Shown here: positions 1-9,707 of the stretch, one piece after another | How positions within the stretch are numbered: the first letter of the stretch is position 1 | Layout: each line of letters opens with the position of its first letter | Source: Salinivirgaceae bacterium | GTDB lineage: Bacteria; Bacteroidota; Bacteroidia; Bacteroidales; SZUA-534 | Length of the DNA stretch: 64,000 bases | Direction: 5' to 3' | Assembly: GCA_024405635.1 (NCBI GenBank) | Contig: JAKSOL010000007.1 | Location: forward strand, 1-64,000 | Program-made: the position numbers and the translations under genes | Notes under the pieces: model-generated | The model's input: the letters and a program-made list of their open reading frames with translations, nothing else | The model's database searches: none | Told to the model about the DNA's origin: nothing

Positions 1-2
1 GT

Positions 3-116
3 GTAAAAACTCGTTTTGTCGATTACATAGTAAGCGTTGCTAGTGGTTTGCAAGTAAACAACGAGAAGAAAGGCTATCGCGAAATAGCCATTTTCAAAAC
101 TGGAGTAACGCTGTAA
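3..116 (+). CDS. uxaA: Altronate dehydratase, C-terminal fragment (gene begins before window)
   Basis: Frame from nt 3 reads VKTRFVDYIVSVASGLQVNNEKKGYREIAIFKTGVTL*; the REIAIFKxGVTL terminus is characteristic of UxaA. Confidence 0.8.
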   Translation, partial: VKTRFVDYIVSVASGLQVNNEKKGYREIAIFKTGVTL

Positions 117-130
117 ATTTGAACTCACAT

Positions 131-177
131 AAAAAAACAAGCCCGAACAGCACACAAGGTTGTTCGGGCTTTTGTTT
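131..177. terminator. Bidirectional intrinsic terminator between convergent genes
   Basis: Stem aagcccgaaca (139-149)/tgttcgggctt (161-171) with an A-run before and a T-run after. Confidence 0.8.
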
Positions 178-193
178 ATTGAAAAGTGATAGG

Positions 194-1429
194 TTATTGT
201 TTTAGTACGCAGTTTATGCGCGAAAGGTCGCTATCGGTTTGCGCAGGACTAATGTGTAGCAATCGGCAAAGCAGAGCATACAAGTCAATGTTTTGCAATT
301 GTGGAGCCTCGTAACCTTGTTTAAAGTCGGGACCAACGGCGTAAAAAATACCATTCATTAAATTGTTTTCGGGCGCAAAACCATGAGCACCAGCGCGCAT
401 TGGCAAATTGTTGTAGCTCATGCACCAAGCACTGTCGGCTAGCAAAATAACATCGCCAATGCAATGCTCGTTTGCCGAAAAATGATAGTTGGCTGGCATG
501 TTGTTTCGAGCTATAGCTTTAATGCCTTCAACTCCGTTAAACGCTGCCACAACCGAGTCGGTGCAATTTTTTTTGCAGTAAACCATGCTGAAAGCATCGC
601 TATACGACACTGTATCAACTAAATGAGCTGGCAAGTATTGGTTCAGATTTACAATGCGCGAAACGGTGTCGAGGTTTGCCATTCCGTGGTCCGAAACAAT
701 AATTAAGTTAACCGAGTCGCTAAAACTGAGCGCGGCAATGTTGTTTCGCAAGCGATTGATAAGGCTATCGGCACGGCTAATGGCCGAAACAATTTCGGGG
801 CCCGATGTGCCGTAAGTATGGCCAATGTTGTCAACATCTTCAATATAGCACATAACTAACCGAGGTCGTTGTTTTACAGGAAGTTGCAACCATGCAGTAA
901 TGCTATCGATGCGGTTGACGTAAGGCACTGAGCCATCAAATTTTTTGGTTATAGATGGTTTGTAGCCTTTAACCGAGACCTCGCTACCAACCCAAAAATA
1001 CGAAGCGGTGTGTACTTTTTGAGCCTCGGCAGTTACCCAAATAGGTTCGCCTTTGTAAAATTTTGAGTTTAGAACAGAGTTTGTATCGGTGTAGTTGTAA
1101 AACTGTTTTAATCCGCGGTGCATAAACTTGTTTGCCACAATGCCATGTTTTTCGGCATAAAGTCCGGTTGCCATTCCGTAGTGATTGGTAAAAGTTACGG
1201 TTGGAAACGATGGCGCAAACGACTTGGCTTTAACACCTTGATGCTCAATGCTGTCGAGGGCTGGAGTTACGGCAAGTGTAGGGTAGTCGGCGCGAAATCC
1301 GTCAATTGACAGAACGATGGTGTAGTTTGTTGGTGAGTGTTGACGTTGGTTTAGGTTGTGAACTATAACATTTTGAGCAGCTACGGCTACCAAAAACATC
1401 ACAAACAAAATGATGGATGTCTTTTTCAT
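194..1429 (-). CDS. Ectonucleotide pyrophosphatase/phosphodiesterase (alkaline phosphatase superfamily), secreted
   Basis: Signal peptide; motifs SIDGFR, PTVTFTNH (catalytic Thr), DNIGH, SDHGM, GAHGF. Confidence 0.88.
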   Translation of the reverse strand: MKKTSIILFVMFLVAVAAQNVIVHNLNQRQHSPTNYTIVLSIDGFRADYPTLAVTPALDSIEHQGVKAKSFAPSFPTVTFTNHYGMATGLYAEKHGIVANKFMHRGLKQFYNYTDTNSVLNSKFYKGEPIWVTAEAQKVHTASYFWVGSEVSVKGYKPSITKKFDGSVPYVNRIDSITAWLQLPVKQRPRLVMCYIEDVDNIGHTYGTSGPEIVSAISRADSLINRLRNNIAALSFSDSVNLIIVSDHGMANLDTVSRIVNLNQYLPAHLVDTVSYSDAFSMVYCKKNCTDSVVAAFNGVEGIKAIARNNMPANYHFSANEHCIGDVILLADSAWCMSYNNLPMRAGAHGFAPENNLMNGIFYAVGPDFKQGYEAPQLQNIDLYALLCRLLHISPAQTDSDLSRINCVLKQ

Positions 1430-1467
1430 TTCTTTTTCGATGTAAAATTTATACAGCTAACGAGTTG

Positions 1468-3216
1468 TTATTCAGTTACTTTTAGTTTGTCGCCAGTTTC
1501 GTTTACAACGTCGCGATACCAACGTTCGTCGTAACCGGGCCATTCAACTTTTGGAGCAAAGTATTTGTAGTTATCAGGTTTTTGAGTTGGCGTTTTAACA
1601 TTGCCGTCCATGTATTTGATAAACAATTGTTTGTAAAAATCGCTCCAAGTTTTTGCCAAATCGTTGCCTGCATTTACAGAAAAATCGGTGAGTAAGTTCA
1701 GTGCTAGTTTAGGGTTTTTGCCAATTAGTTCAAGGGCGGCTTTGTCCATAGCAGGAACATAGTCTTGGTACATTTGTTCAAGTTCGGCTTGCTTTTGCTC
1801 AATTTCGGGATGAATAAGGCTGTAGCGAGTGTAGGCAAGGTTTGTTACTTGATTGAAAATCCAAAATGCGGCATTGTCAGAAAATTCCATTATGCTACCG
1901 TTGCCAACTTCAAAAGCGTGAGGAACGGCAGTAATGCTGCTATACATTGGGCAGTAAACAGTGCTAGCGCAGTCGTCAACGCCAAACCAAATGATGCCGC
2001 CAATGCCGTTTGGTAGCCAGTTGCGGCATTGTGCAACAAACGAAAAGCCAGTTTGTTGGGTTGCTGTGGCACGTTCGTTTATATATTCAACGCTGTCAAC
2101 TGTCCAATTCATTGGTCGCCAACGATAGGGGCAGTGCCAAGGTCCAGCACCAATGTCGTTGCGCATGTCGAGTTCAGTTCCTTCAAGGTGGTTGCGCATG
2201 CTGTTCATCACTTTGTTTAGGCTCACTTTTTCGTCGGGTTTAATCCAAAGAGGCATACGGTTGTTGGCGTAGCCAGTTGCGGCATCGTGGCTAATGTTTG
2301 TGCCTTTGGCATATTCCCAATACTGGTTCATACCTTTTGCCACACCATCAAAAAAGGCCCAAACGCGTATTTCGCAAGCGCGGGCACCGGTAAAGTCAAC
2401 AGGTGCGTATGTGTCTGAAAAACTGAAGTTTTCTTTGGTTACGTTGTTGTTGATGTATTTTTTAGCACGCGCAAAATCCATTACATCGTCGGCATAAACG
2501 GTGGTAATGTTGGGGTCGAATATCTTGTCGATTTGCGAGAACGCAATTGAAGTAGGGTTGTCGTTCCAAGGGAAGGTTGTGATTCGGGCTTGATTTGCGT
2601 GAGCGCATACGTAGCCGTCGGGAATTTGGCGAGCTACCCACACGGCGCCTTTATTGCGGTTTACGATGCCTTTTTTTGTTTTTTGCAAGTCGATGCCTTT
2701 GCCTATCATTTCCAAAATCCAAACTTCGTTAGCATCGGCAATTGAGAACGATTCGCCCTCGCTAGCATAACCATATTTGGCAACCAATTCCACCATTATC
2801 TTTATGGCTTCGCGTGCCGATGTAGCGCGTTGCAAGGTTACGTAAATCAAACTGCCATAGTCCATTATTGCAGTAGAGTCGCCCCAAAGTTCCTCACGTC
2901 CGCCAAAGGTTGTTTCGCCAATCACAACTTGGTTTTCGTTCATGTTGCCAACCACGTTGTAGGTTTTTTCGGCTTGGTCAATTTGTCCCATAAACCTGCC
3001 AGTGTCCCAATCGTAAATATCGAGCATGGTGCCGGTGGCATAAGTGGCTGCTGCCCAATGGTATAACTCGCCATAAAGTGTGTGCGAATCGGCGGCATAG
3101 CTAACCATGCACGATCCGTCGGCTGAAGCTCCTTTGGTTACTAAAAAGTTGGTGCATGCCATAACTTGTTGAGTTGCAGCAAGTAACATGGCTGAAAAAA
3201 GCAATCGGATTTTCAT
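1468..3216 (-). CDS. C69 family dipeptidase (Ntn hydrolase), secreted
   Basis: Signal peptide followed by ACTNFLVTKGASADG (N-terminal Cys nucleophile); GNMNENQV, HANQARI and ERA motifs. Confidence 0.88.
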   Translation of the reverse strand: MKIRLLFSAMLLAATQQVMACTNFLVTKGASADGSCMVSYAADSHTLYGELYHWAAATYATGTMLDIYDWDTGRFMGQIDQAEKTYNVVGNMNENQVVIGETTFGGREELWGDSTAIMDYGSLIYVTLQRATSAREAIKIMVELVAKYGYASEGESFSIADANEVWILEMIGKGIDLQKTKKGIVNRNKGAVWVARQIPDGYVCAHANQARITTFPWNDNPTSIAFSQIDKIFDPNITTVYADDVMDFARAKKYINNNVTKENFSFSDTYAPVDFTGARACEIRVWAFFDGVAKGMNQYWEYAKGTNISHDAATGYANNRMPLWIKPDEKVSLNKVMNSMRNHLEGTELDMRNDIGAGPWHCPYRWRPMNWTVDSVEYINERATATQQTGFSFVAQCRNWLPNGIGGIIWFGVDDCASTVYCPMYSSITAVPHAFEVGNGSIMEFSDNAAFWIFNQVTNLAYTRYSLIHPEIEQKQAELEQMYQDYVPAMDKAALELIGKNPKLALNLLTDFSVNAGNDLAKTWSDFYKQLFIKYMDGNVKTPTQKPDNYKYFAPKVEWPGYDERWYRDVVNETGDKLKVTE

Positions 3217-3251
3217 ATTCAGTGGTTTAATTACAAATTGTTTGTTGAGTT

Positions 3252-4316
3252 TTATAGCGTATTGCCCAAGTAAACGCAGCCGCCAATGTTGTCGAATTTG
3301 GCGCCAGTTACACTTTTTAGGCAGTTTGTTTGGTTGCTGATGCGTAGTGCTCCCAAAAAGGCGAATATGATAGCCTCTTTAAGTTCTACATCGGTTTTTT
3401 TGCCAATTATTGGGGTGCTAATCTTGCAGTTTTGTGCAATTAGTTCCATTAAAAATGTGTTGTAAGCGCCTCCGCCAGTTACCAAAACTTGACCTTGTGC
3501 AAGATCAATGTTTGCTGCAATTTGTTGTGCAGCATGGTGGTAGTATGTGCAAAGTAGGTTATCGTAGTCGGTGCGGTTGCCAAATAATGGTAATACTTGC
3601 TGTTCAACAAACTCGCGACCTAACGATTTTGGAGCTGGAGTATTGTAGTAGTTGTTACTATTCAGCAAATCAAGTAGTTGGCTATCGCATTTACCTTTGC
3701 GACCAGTGTTGCCGCTTACATCGTATTCAAGGTCCATTTTTCGGGCCAAAAGATTAAAAACAAAATTTGCAGGGCAAATGTCGTAAGCAATGCGTTGGTT
3801 GTTGTTTGTAAACGACAGATTAGCAAAACCGCCAATGTTAAGGCAACCTGCATAGTTACCAAACAAAAGTTGGTCGCCAATAGGCACAAGTGGAGCACCG
3901 TTGCCGCCAAGAGCAACATCGGTAGTGCGGAAATCGCAAACGCAGTTTATTCCGCAGGCAGTTGCAATGTGGGCGCCGCTACCAATTTGTAAAGTCATGC
4001 CCAATTGAGGCTCGTGAAAAACGGTGTAGCCGTGCGAGGCAACAATATCGGGGGTAAAGTTGATGTCTTGCACAAAGTTGCGCACAAGGTTGCCAATGTA
4101 GGTGCCATAGTCGGAGTGGAGCAGAGCAAGGTCGCGGCCACAAAGAGTGTGGCTATTGAGCAAGCGCTGGTACATTTGTGGTGTGTACTTTATTGTGGAG
4201 CCTTCAATGGTGTTATAGCGCCACGTTTCGCCAACTTTTAAAAATTCGCAAGCAACAATGTCAACGCCATCGAGTGAGGTGCCCGACATTATGCCTATGG
4301 CTTTAATGTTGTTCAT
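3252..4316 (-). CDS. anmK: Anhydro-N-acetylmuramic acid kinase
   Basis: GIMSGTSLDGVD, SHGYTVFH, GGNGAPLVP, LNIGGFAN, PAPKSLGRE. Start moved to MNNIK (4316). Confidence 0.92.
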   Translation of the reverse strand: MNNIKAIGIMSGTSLDGVDIVACEFLKVGETWRYNTIEGSTIKYTPQMYQRLLNSHTLCGRDLALLHSDYGTYIGNLVRNFVQDINFTPDIVASHGYTVFHEPQLGMTLQIGSGAHIATACGINCVCDFRTTDVALGGNGAPLVPIGDQLLFGNYAGCLNIGGFANLSFTNNNQRIAYDICPANFVFNLLARKMDLEYDVSGNTGRKGKCDSQLLDLLNSNNYYNTPAPKSLGREFVEQQVLPLFGNRTDYDNLLCTYYHHAAQQIAANIDLAQGQVLVTGGGAYNTFLMELIAQNCKISTPIIGKKTDVELKEAIIFAFLGALRISNQTNCLKSVTGAKFDNIGGCVYLGNTL

Positions 4317-6039
4317 TTTCAAACGTATTTGGTTGATATGTGCGGCGGAAAGTTTCTTTGTTACCACAAACATCAGACACGGTAAGCTCAAGTTTGTATT
4401 GTTTGGCTGGTTCCAAATACTCGTCGGCGGTGTAGGTCAGACTTTTGGTTTTTGGGTCATAAATAAACAGAACCCAATTGTCGTTTATCTTGCCCTCGTA
4501 TGTGCTAATGCCCGATAGGTTGTCTTCAATTTTGAACGATATTGATTGCGAGCCCGGTACAATTTTTATTGGTTTTATGGTTGGCTTTACTGTGTCAATT
4601 TTAACTACAAATTTGCCAAATTCGCCAGAGTTAGCGCTAATCCAACCATTTGAGTATTTGCTTGCTAGCGCCGATTCGTGTTTGTCGTCAATTTGCTTAA
4701 CAATAGTCAGTTTTGAAGTATCGACCGAGTCGGTGCCGTGGCAACGTATTTGCACGTTAAACGATTTATCGACAGGAATAAGGCGATTGCCCACAGCAAA
4801 GTTGTATGAGAAAGTGCCAGGTGCAATTGTGCTGTCGATGCTAAAGGCAAACGGAACATCGGTAAAGAACGATTTGGCTTTTATTGCTAGTTTAAAGTCG
4901 GTAGTGTCGAGGTTGTACGAGTCTTGCCATTTCAGCATTTTTTCAGGTTCGGGCTTTTGCGCCTCGGTGTTAAGAGGCAAACCTTTAACCCAAGTTTGTG
5001 CTTTCGATGTGTTGCCGTACGAGTCGGTTGCAATAACGGTTATCTTTTTTATTTCCCCTTCTTTAACATGAATTAAACCGTTGTTAACCAGATTACTATA
5101 TACTGCCAATTTATTATTTGGTTCAACAAACAATTTGTATGCAATTGTTTTGCTGGCAATGTAAGCTTCGTAGTCGAGCACACTGCTTATGTAGTGAGTT
5201 TCGCTAAACGAAACGCCATCAAAAGTCATTGAAAAAACAACGGCATCGTCAACACGAAGGTCGAAGCGATAAACGCCGCAACGGTTGCTTGACCCGTCGA
5301 GAAAATCGTCGCTCTTTATGCCAACGCCAATTGTTCCGCAAACGCCAATGGTGTCGTAGCTTTCGGTAACGTGTAAGTTGCCTGTGGTTTTTACAAGATT
5401 AAAAGTTAGGCGGCTAAATTCGCCCTCAATTTGCGATTGATTGTCCATTGGGAACAATGTGAACAAAGTCATGCGAGGAGGTGTTTTGTCGGCAATAGGA
5501 TAGCCAAGAAACAAACCATTCATGGCATTTGAGTTGCTGGTTTTGCGAATCTCAAAGTGCAAATGTGGTCCACCCGATGAGCCCGAGTTTCCGCTCAATC
5601 CAATAACATCGCCTTGGTTAATTGGAATCTCGCCAGGCTTTAAGAACAAATCGACAGGAAACGAGTGCTTTTTATATTGTTGGGCGCGCACATATCGGCC
5701 AATTTGAATGTTGAACTCTAACATGTGAGCGTAAACCGAAGTGTAGCCATCGGGGTGGGTAATGTAAACCGAATGGCCGTAGCCTGTTGGCGAAACTTTG
5801 ATGCGCGACACGTATCCTTTTTGTACTGCATAGATGCGAAAACCAACTTTTCCTTGTGTTTTCATGTCCAATCCGGCGTGAAAATGGCCGCTGCGCAGTT
5901 CGGCAAAATTTCCCGACAAGTAAATAGGAATTTTTAGCGGACAAATCCAGCCCAAAGTATCGAAACGAAGTTGTGCGGTTGCTGTATTTATCTGAAACAG
6001 AGCAATTATACTTAATGCTATTAGTCGTATTTTGTTCAT
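4303..6039 (-). CDS. M23 family metallopeptidase, secreted
   Basis: HFHAGLD, YAH, SGNSGSSGGPHLHFEIR; signal peptide from MNKIRL (6039). Confidence 0.9.
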   Translation of the reverse strand: MNKIRLIALSIIALFQINTATAQLRFDTLGWICPLKIPIYLSGNFAELRSGHFHAGLDMKTQGKVGFRIYAVQKGYVSRIKVSPTGYGHSVYITHPDGYTSVYAHMLEFNIQIGRYVRAQQYKKHSFPVDLFLKPGEIPINQGDVIGLSGNSGSSGGPHLHFEIRKTSNSNAMNGLFLGYPIADKTPPRMTLFTLFPMDNQSQIEGEFSRLTFNLVKTTGNLHVTESYDTIGVCGTIGVGIKSDDFLDGSSNRCGVYRFDLRVDDAVVFSMTFDGVSFSETHYISSVLDYEAYIASKTIAYKLFVEPNNKLAVYSNLVNNGLIHVKEGEIKKITVIATDSYGNTSKAQTWVKGLPLNTEAQKPEPEKMLKWQDSYNLDTTDFKLAIKAKSFFTDVPFAFSIDSTIAPGTFSYNFAVGNRLIPVDKSFNVQIRCHGTDSVDTSKLTIVKQIDDKHESALASKYSNGWISANSGEFGKFVVKIDTVKPTIKPIKIVPGSQSISFKIEDNLSGISTYEGKINDNWVLFIYDPKTKSLTYTADEYLEPAKQYKLELTVSDVCGNKETFRRTYQPNTFENEQH

Positions 6040-6212
6040 TTGTTTATTGTTTTTTAGCAACGCGAATTTACTTAAAGAAATCCCCAAACACTGCCATTCG
6101 CAAATAAGTTAGCAACATTGTGTTGTTAAAAGTGTGACGTTTGTTTTTCGACTTATGGTTAAAGTACAATTACTATATACACAAACATTTTTCGTGTGCT
6201 TTTTATGCCCGG

Positions 6213-6248
6213 TTATCAATCTTAGTTATTTGATTATCAATCTTAATT
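6213..6248. promoter_or_regulatory. Tandem 15-bp direct repeat with 21-bp period in divergent intergenic region (candidate regulator site)
   Basis: ttatcaatcttagtt (6213-6227) and ttatcaatcttaatt (6234-6248). Confidence 0.45.
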
Positions 6249-6365
6249 GTATCAGGCTTTTTATTCTCGCGGTAATTGTTAAAATTTGTAATGATTGATA
6301 CTTTGGTATTATGTGCTTGAATATCAATTGAATAACAAACAAAACAACCTTTGAAAAAACAATAA

Positions 6366-9300
6366 ATGATGCGCCGACTATACATTGCAACTCTGTTTGT
6401 TCTATGGGCAGTTATTAGCCAAGCGCAGATAAATCGTTACGGTGTTCCTTTTGTAACTAATTATTCGCCAAGTGTTTACCCAAACAACCGACAAGTTTGG
6501 TCGGTTGCACAAGACAACCGGGGAGTGCTGTATTTTGCATCGGGCGAAGGAATATTGGAGTTTGATGGCAAGCAGTGGAGAGGCATTTCGGCATGCGACG
6601 ATGTTAGTTGTGTGGCCGCCGACGAAAACGGAACAATATACGTAGGTGGATATAACGATTTTGGTTATCTGAAACCCGATTCAACTGGCCAGCTTAAGTA
6701 TTGCTCGTTGCGGAATCTTATTTCAAAAAATGTTGAAATACCAACCATTGACGACAACATAACCTTTTCGGGCGACACGGTTTTCTTTGTAGGCATGGGT
6801 TGTATGGTTATGTATAACCGCAGGTACAATTATGCCGATATGTGGCCAGTGAGTGACTACTCGCGAGTGGTGATAAATGGCGGACTAAAACTGACCAAAA
6901 CAACAGGCGACATTGACCACATTGCTACAGTTGACCAAAAAGGTGAACGTCCATTTATTCGCCACGATATTATGTACGGAGTGGCTGATATTGAGAAGAT
7001 TAAAAACACCGAAATTCTAATATCGCTGAACGACCATTTTGCCTTGTACGACCCTTACAATCGAACAATTAAAACTCATAAGTTTAACGACGTTTCGGGG
7101 TACATTGAAAATGCTAAAAGTGGTTTTGACAAAATAGAGCCACTTGGCAACCGCCAATATGCCATTTCGATGCGCACACAAAACGAGAATATCTCGGTGG
7201 CTTTTTTTGATGCTCGATACAATGTAAGCGAAATAGTAAACTCGCACAATGGCGGCCCTCGCCAAGCAATAACCAATTTGCTAAAAACAACCGACAGCCT
7301 TCTTTGGTGCACACATTGGGGAATCTCGTCTATGGAGTACGGTTCGCCATTTCGTGGTTTTACCGAAGGTGTTGACTACGAGGGAATTATAACCGATATT
7401 AAAGAACTTAATGGCGATATATACATTTCAACAACACTAGGCATTTATTGTTTGTCGCCAAACGAGCATCATGTTTACACAATGCAAAAACTAACCCCCA
7501 GTTCAATTTGCATATACTCGTTAAGTCATTACACCAATCCAAACACAAAACAACGCGGTTTGCTTGCCGCTTCCGATGATGGAATTTTTCAAATAATGAA
7601 TGGTAAACTGTCTGTTGTAGCGTTGGAGTATGCAGCATGCGACCGTATTATTCAGCCTCGCAACGACATGAGCAGCATATTGGCATCAAGTTTTAGCTTT
7701 TCGCAGTTTAAAGTTGAAAAATCATCAAAAATTAAACAAGCCGAAACACCAGAGTCGTTTGAGTTGATTAACAGTTACATAACCGATTCGATACAACAAG
7801 ACAAGCATGGCGATATTTGGTTTGTTGGCATGGGGCAAGGTTTGTTTCGCATTTTCGACAACTACGACATTGAACTGTTTGAAGAAGACGAAATACCTAA
7901 TGTGGACTATATAGCAAACCTGCGCGAAGGTGTAGTTTTTGCCACTCAACAAGGCATTTTTAAATTTAACCGACACACACACACCTTTAGCAAAGCCAAT
8001 GCCGATGTGGTGATGCAATTTACCGACTCGGTGCCTATTAAAATTCTATGCCAATATGGCGACGGCTATGCTATGTGCGATAAAAATGGATTCATTTCGG
8101 TAGTTGTACCCGACAAGGCAGGCCGATTCCGTTGCTACAACAAATTGTTTCGCCGACTTAACCTAACCAACTCTGCCATGCCTTTGTTTGTGTCTTCCGA
8201 CTCAACATTGTGGTTTGCAACCGAAAAAAACTTAGTATCGTATCGCTGCGATTTAGACACTTACGACAATTTGACTATTGACCAAAAATACGCCGAACGA
8301 CCTTATAACACCCTGATACGCAAGGTTCAAGTTAACGATTCGGTGATTTTTATGGGAACACATTCCGACGAAGACGGATTGGTGCTTACAGCTCAGCCAA
8401 CCGAACAAATTCCTGTTATTGAATACAAACACAATAACATTAAATTCAACTATTCGGCAGTTTATTTTGAATGTGCCGACCGAATAGAATACTCGTATAT
8501 ACTTGAAAACTACAACGATAATTGGAGCGAATGGAGCGTCGACAATGAAATAAACTACACCAACTTGTTTGAAGGTGAATACACTTTCTGTGTAAAGGCT
8601 CGTAACATTTATCAAACCGAAAGCACTGTAGCCCGATACACGTTTGTTGTGCTACCGCCATGGTATCGTACATGGTGGGCCTATGTTTTGTATGTGATAA
8701 TGGGCGCAGCATTGTTGGTTATAAGTTCGCAATTGTACTCGCACAACTTGCGCATACGCAACGAAAAACTTGAGCGCATTGTGGCTGTGCGTACCCACGA
8801 ATTGCAAAAGCAAAAAGAAGAACTTGCAGCAAGCAATGTGAAAATTGAAAAGCAGTATGCCATTTTAAACGAGCAGAAACTTGAAATTGAGCGCCGCGAT
8901 GCTGAGATTGTTTGCGGAGTTGAATATGCTGGTCAAATTCAGGCGGCAATGCTTACGCCCAAGTACAAAATACAAAGTGTGTTCCCAAATTACTTTATAC
9001 TATACATGCCTTGCGAAATTGTAAGCGGCGACTTTTATTGGGTAGGAGAGTTTGGGTCGCGCAAAATTTGCGTTGTGGCCGACTGTACTGGTCACGGAGT
9101 GCCAAGCGGCTTTTTGAGCATGATGGGCATTTCGTTCATTAGTCACATAGTTTCGCAAGTTGAAAAGCCTAGCGATATTTTGAATCATTTGCAGAATGAG
9201 ATAGTTCAAAGCTTGCATCAAAAAGAAAAGGCATACAATATTGACGGAATGGACGTGGTCATTTATTCAATAAATACCGAAACCAACACACTTGAATACG

Positions 9301-9647
9301 CTGGAGCATCAATGCCGCTGTTTGTAGTGCGCAATGGCGAACTTATTATTCTGAATCCCGATAAGAAAAGCATTGGAGCGTATCAGCACGAGGATAGTTT
9401 ATTTAACTGCCAAAGCATGCACATTGAACCCAACGACATGATTTATGCGTTTACCGATGGTTACAATGACCAATTTGGCGGTCAAAGAAACCGCAAGTTC
9501 ATGATGAAGAACTTTAAGCAACTTGTGGTTGAAATCGCCGACAAACCTCTTGCTCATCAGCAGCGCATTTTGCAGCAAATTCACATGCAACACCACGGTT
9601 CGCACATGCAAACCGACGATATTTTGATATTTGGTGTTAGAGTGTAA
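6366..9647 (+). CDS. Membrane sensor: beta-propeller (Reg_prop) + Y_Y_Y + TM + coiled coil + SpoIIE/PP2C phosphatase
   Basis: Signal peptide; QDNRGVLYF-type repeats; YTNLFEGEYTFCVKARN and VLPPWYRTWWAY; PP2C motifs VSGDFYW, ADCTGHGV, DGMD, FTDG, TDDI. Confidence 0.88.
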   Translation: MMRRLYIATLFVLWAVISQAQINRYGVPFVTNYSPSVYPNNRQVWSVAQDNRGVLYFASGEGILEFDGKQWRGISACDDVSCVAADENGTIYVGGYNDFGYLKPDSTGQLKYCSLRNLISKNVEIPTIDDNITFSGDTVFFVGMGCMVMYNRRYNYADMWPVSDYSRVVINGGLKLTKTTGDIDHIATVDQKGERPFIRHDIMYGVADIEKIKNTEILISLNDHFALYDPYNRTIKTHKFNDVSGYIENAKSGFDKIEPLGNRQYAISMRTQNENISVAFFDARYNVSEIVNSHNGGPRQAITNLLKTTDSLLWCTHWGISSMEYGSPFRGFTEGVDYEGIITDIKELNGDIYISTTLGIYCLSPNEHHVYTMQKLTPSSICIYSLSHYTNPNTKQRGLLAASDDGIFQIMNGKLSVVALEYAACDRIIQPRNDMSSILASSFSFSQFKVEKSSKIKQAETPESFELINSYITDSIQQDKHGDIWFVGMGQGLFRIFDNYDIELFEEDEIPNVDYIANLREGVVFATQQGIFKFNRHTHTFSKANADVVMQFTDSVPIKILCQYGDGYAMCDKNGFISVVVPDKAGRFRCYNKLFRRLNLTNSAMPLFVSSDSTLWFATEKNLVSYRCDLDTYDNLTIDQKYAERPYNTLIRKVQVNDSVIFMGTHSDEDGLVLTAQPTEQIPVIEYKHNNIKFNYSAVYFECADRIEYSYILENYNDNWSEWSVDNEINYTNLFEGEYTFCVKARNIYQTESTVARYTFVVLPPWYRTWWAYVLYVIMGAALLVISSQLYSHNLRIRNEKLERIVAVRTHELQKQKEELAASNVKIEKQYAILNEQKLEIERRDAEIVCGVEYAGQIQAAMLTPKYKIQSVFPNYFILYMPCEIVSGDFYWVGEFGSRKICVVADCTGHGVPSGFLSMMGISFISHIVSQVEKPSDILNHLQNEIVQSLHQKEKAYNIDGMDVVIYSINTETNTLEYAGASMPLFVVRNGELIILNPDKKSIGAYQHEDSLFNCQSMHIEPNDMIYAFTDGYNDQFGGQRNRKFMMKNFKQLVVEIADKPLAHQQRILQQIHMQHHGSHMQTDDILIFGVRV

Positions 9648-9707
9648 CTATACCGAAGGCAAACAATAGGTAAAAATGCACAACGAGTAGCAAATAGCTA
9701 GTTAAAG

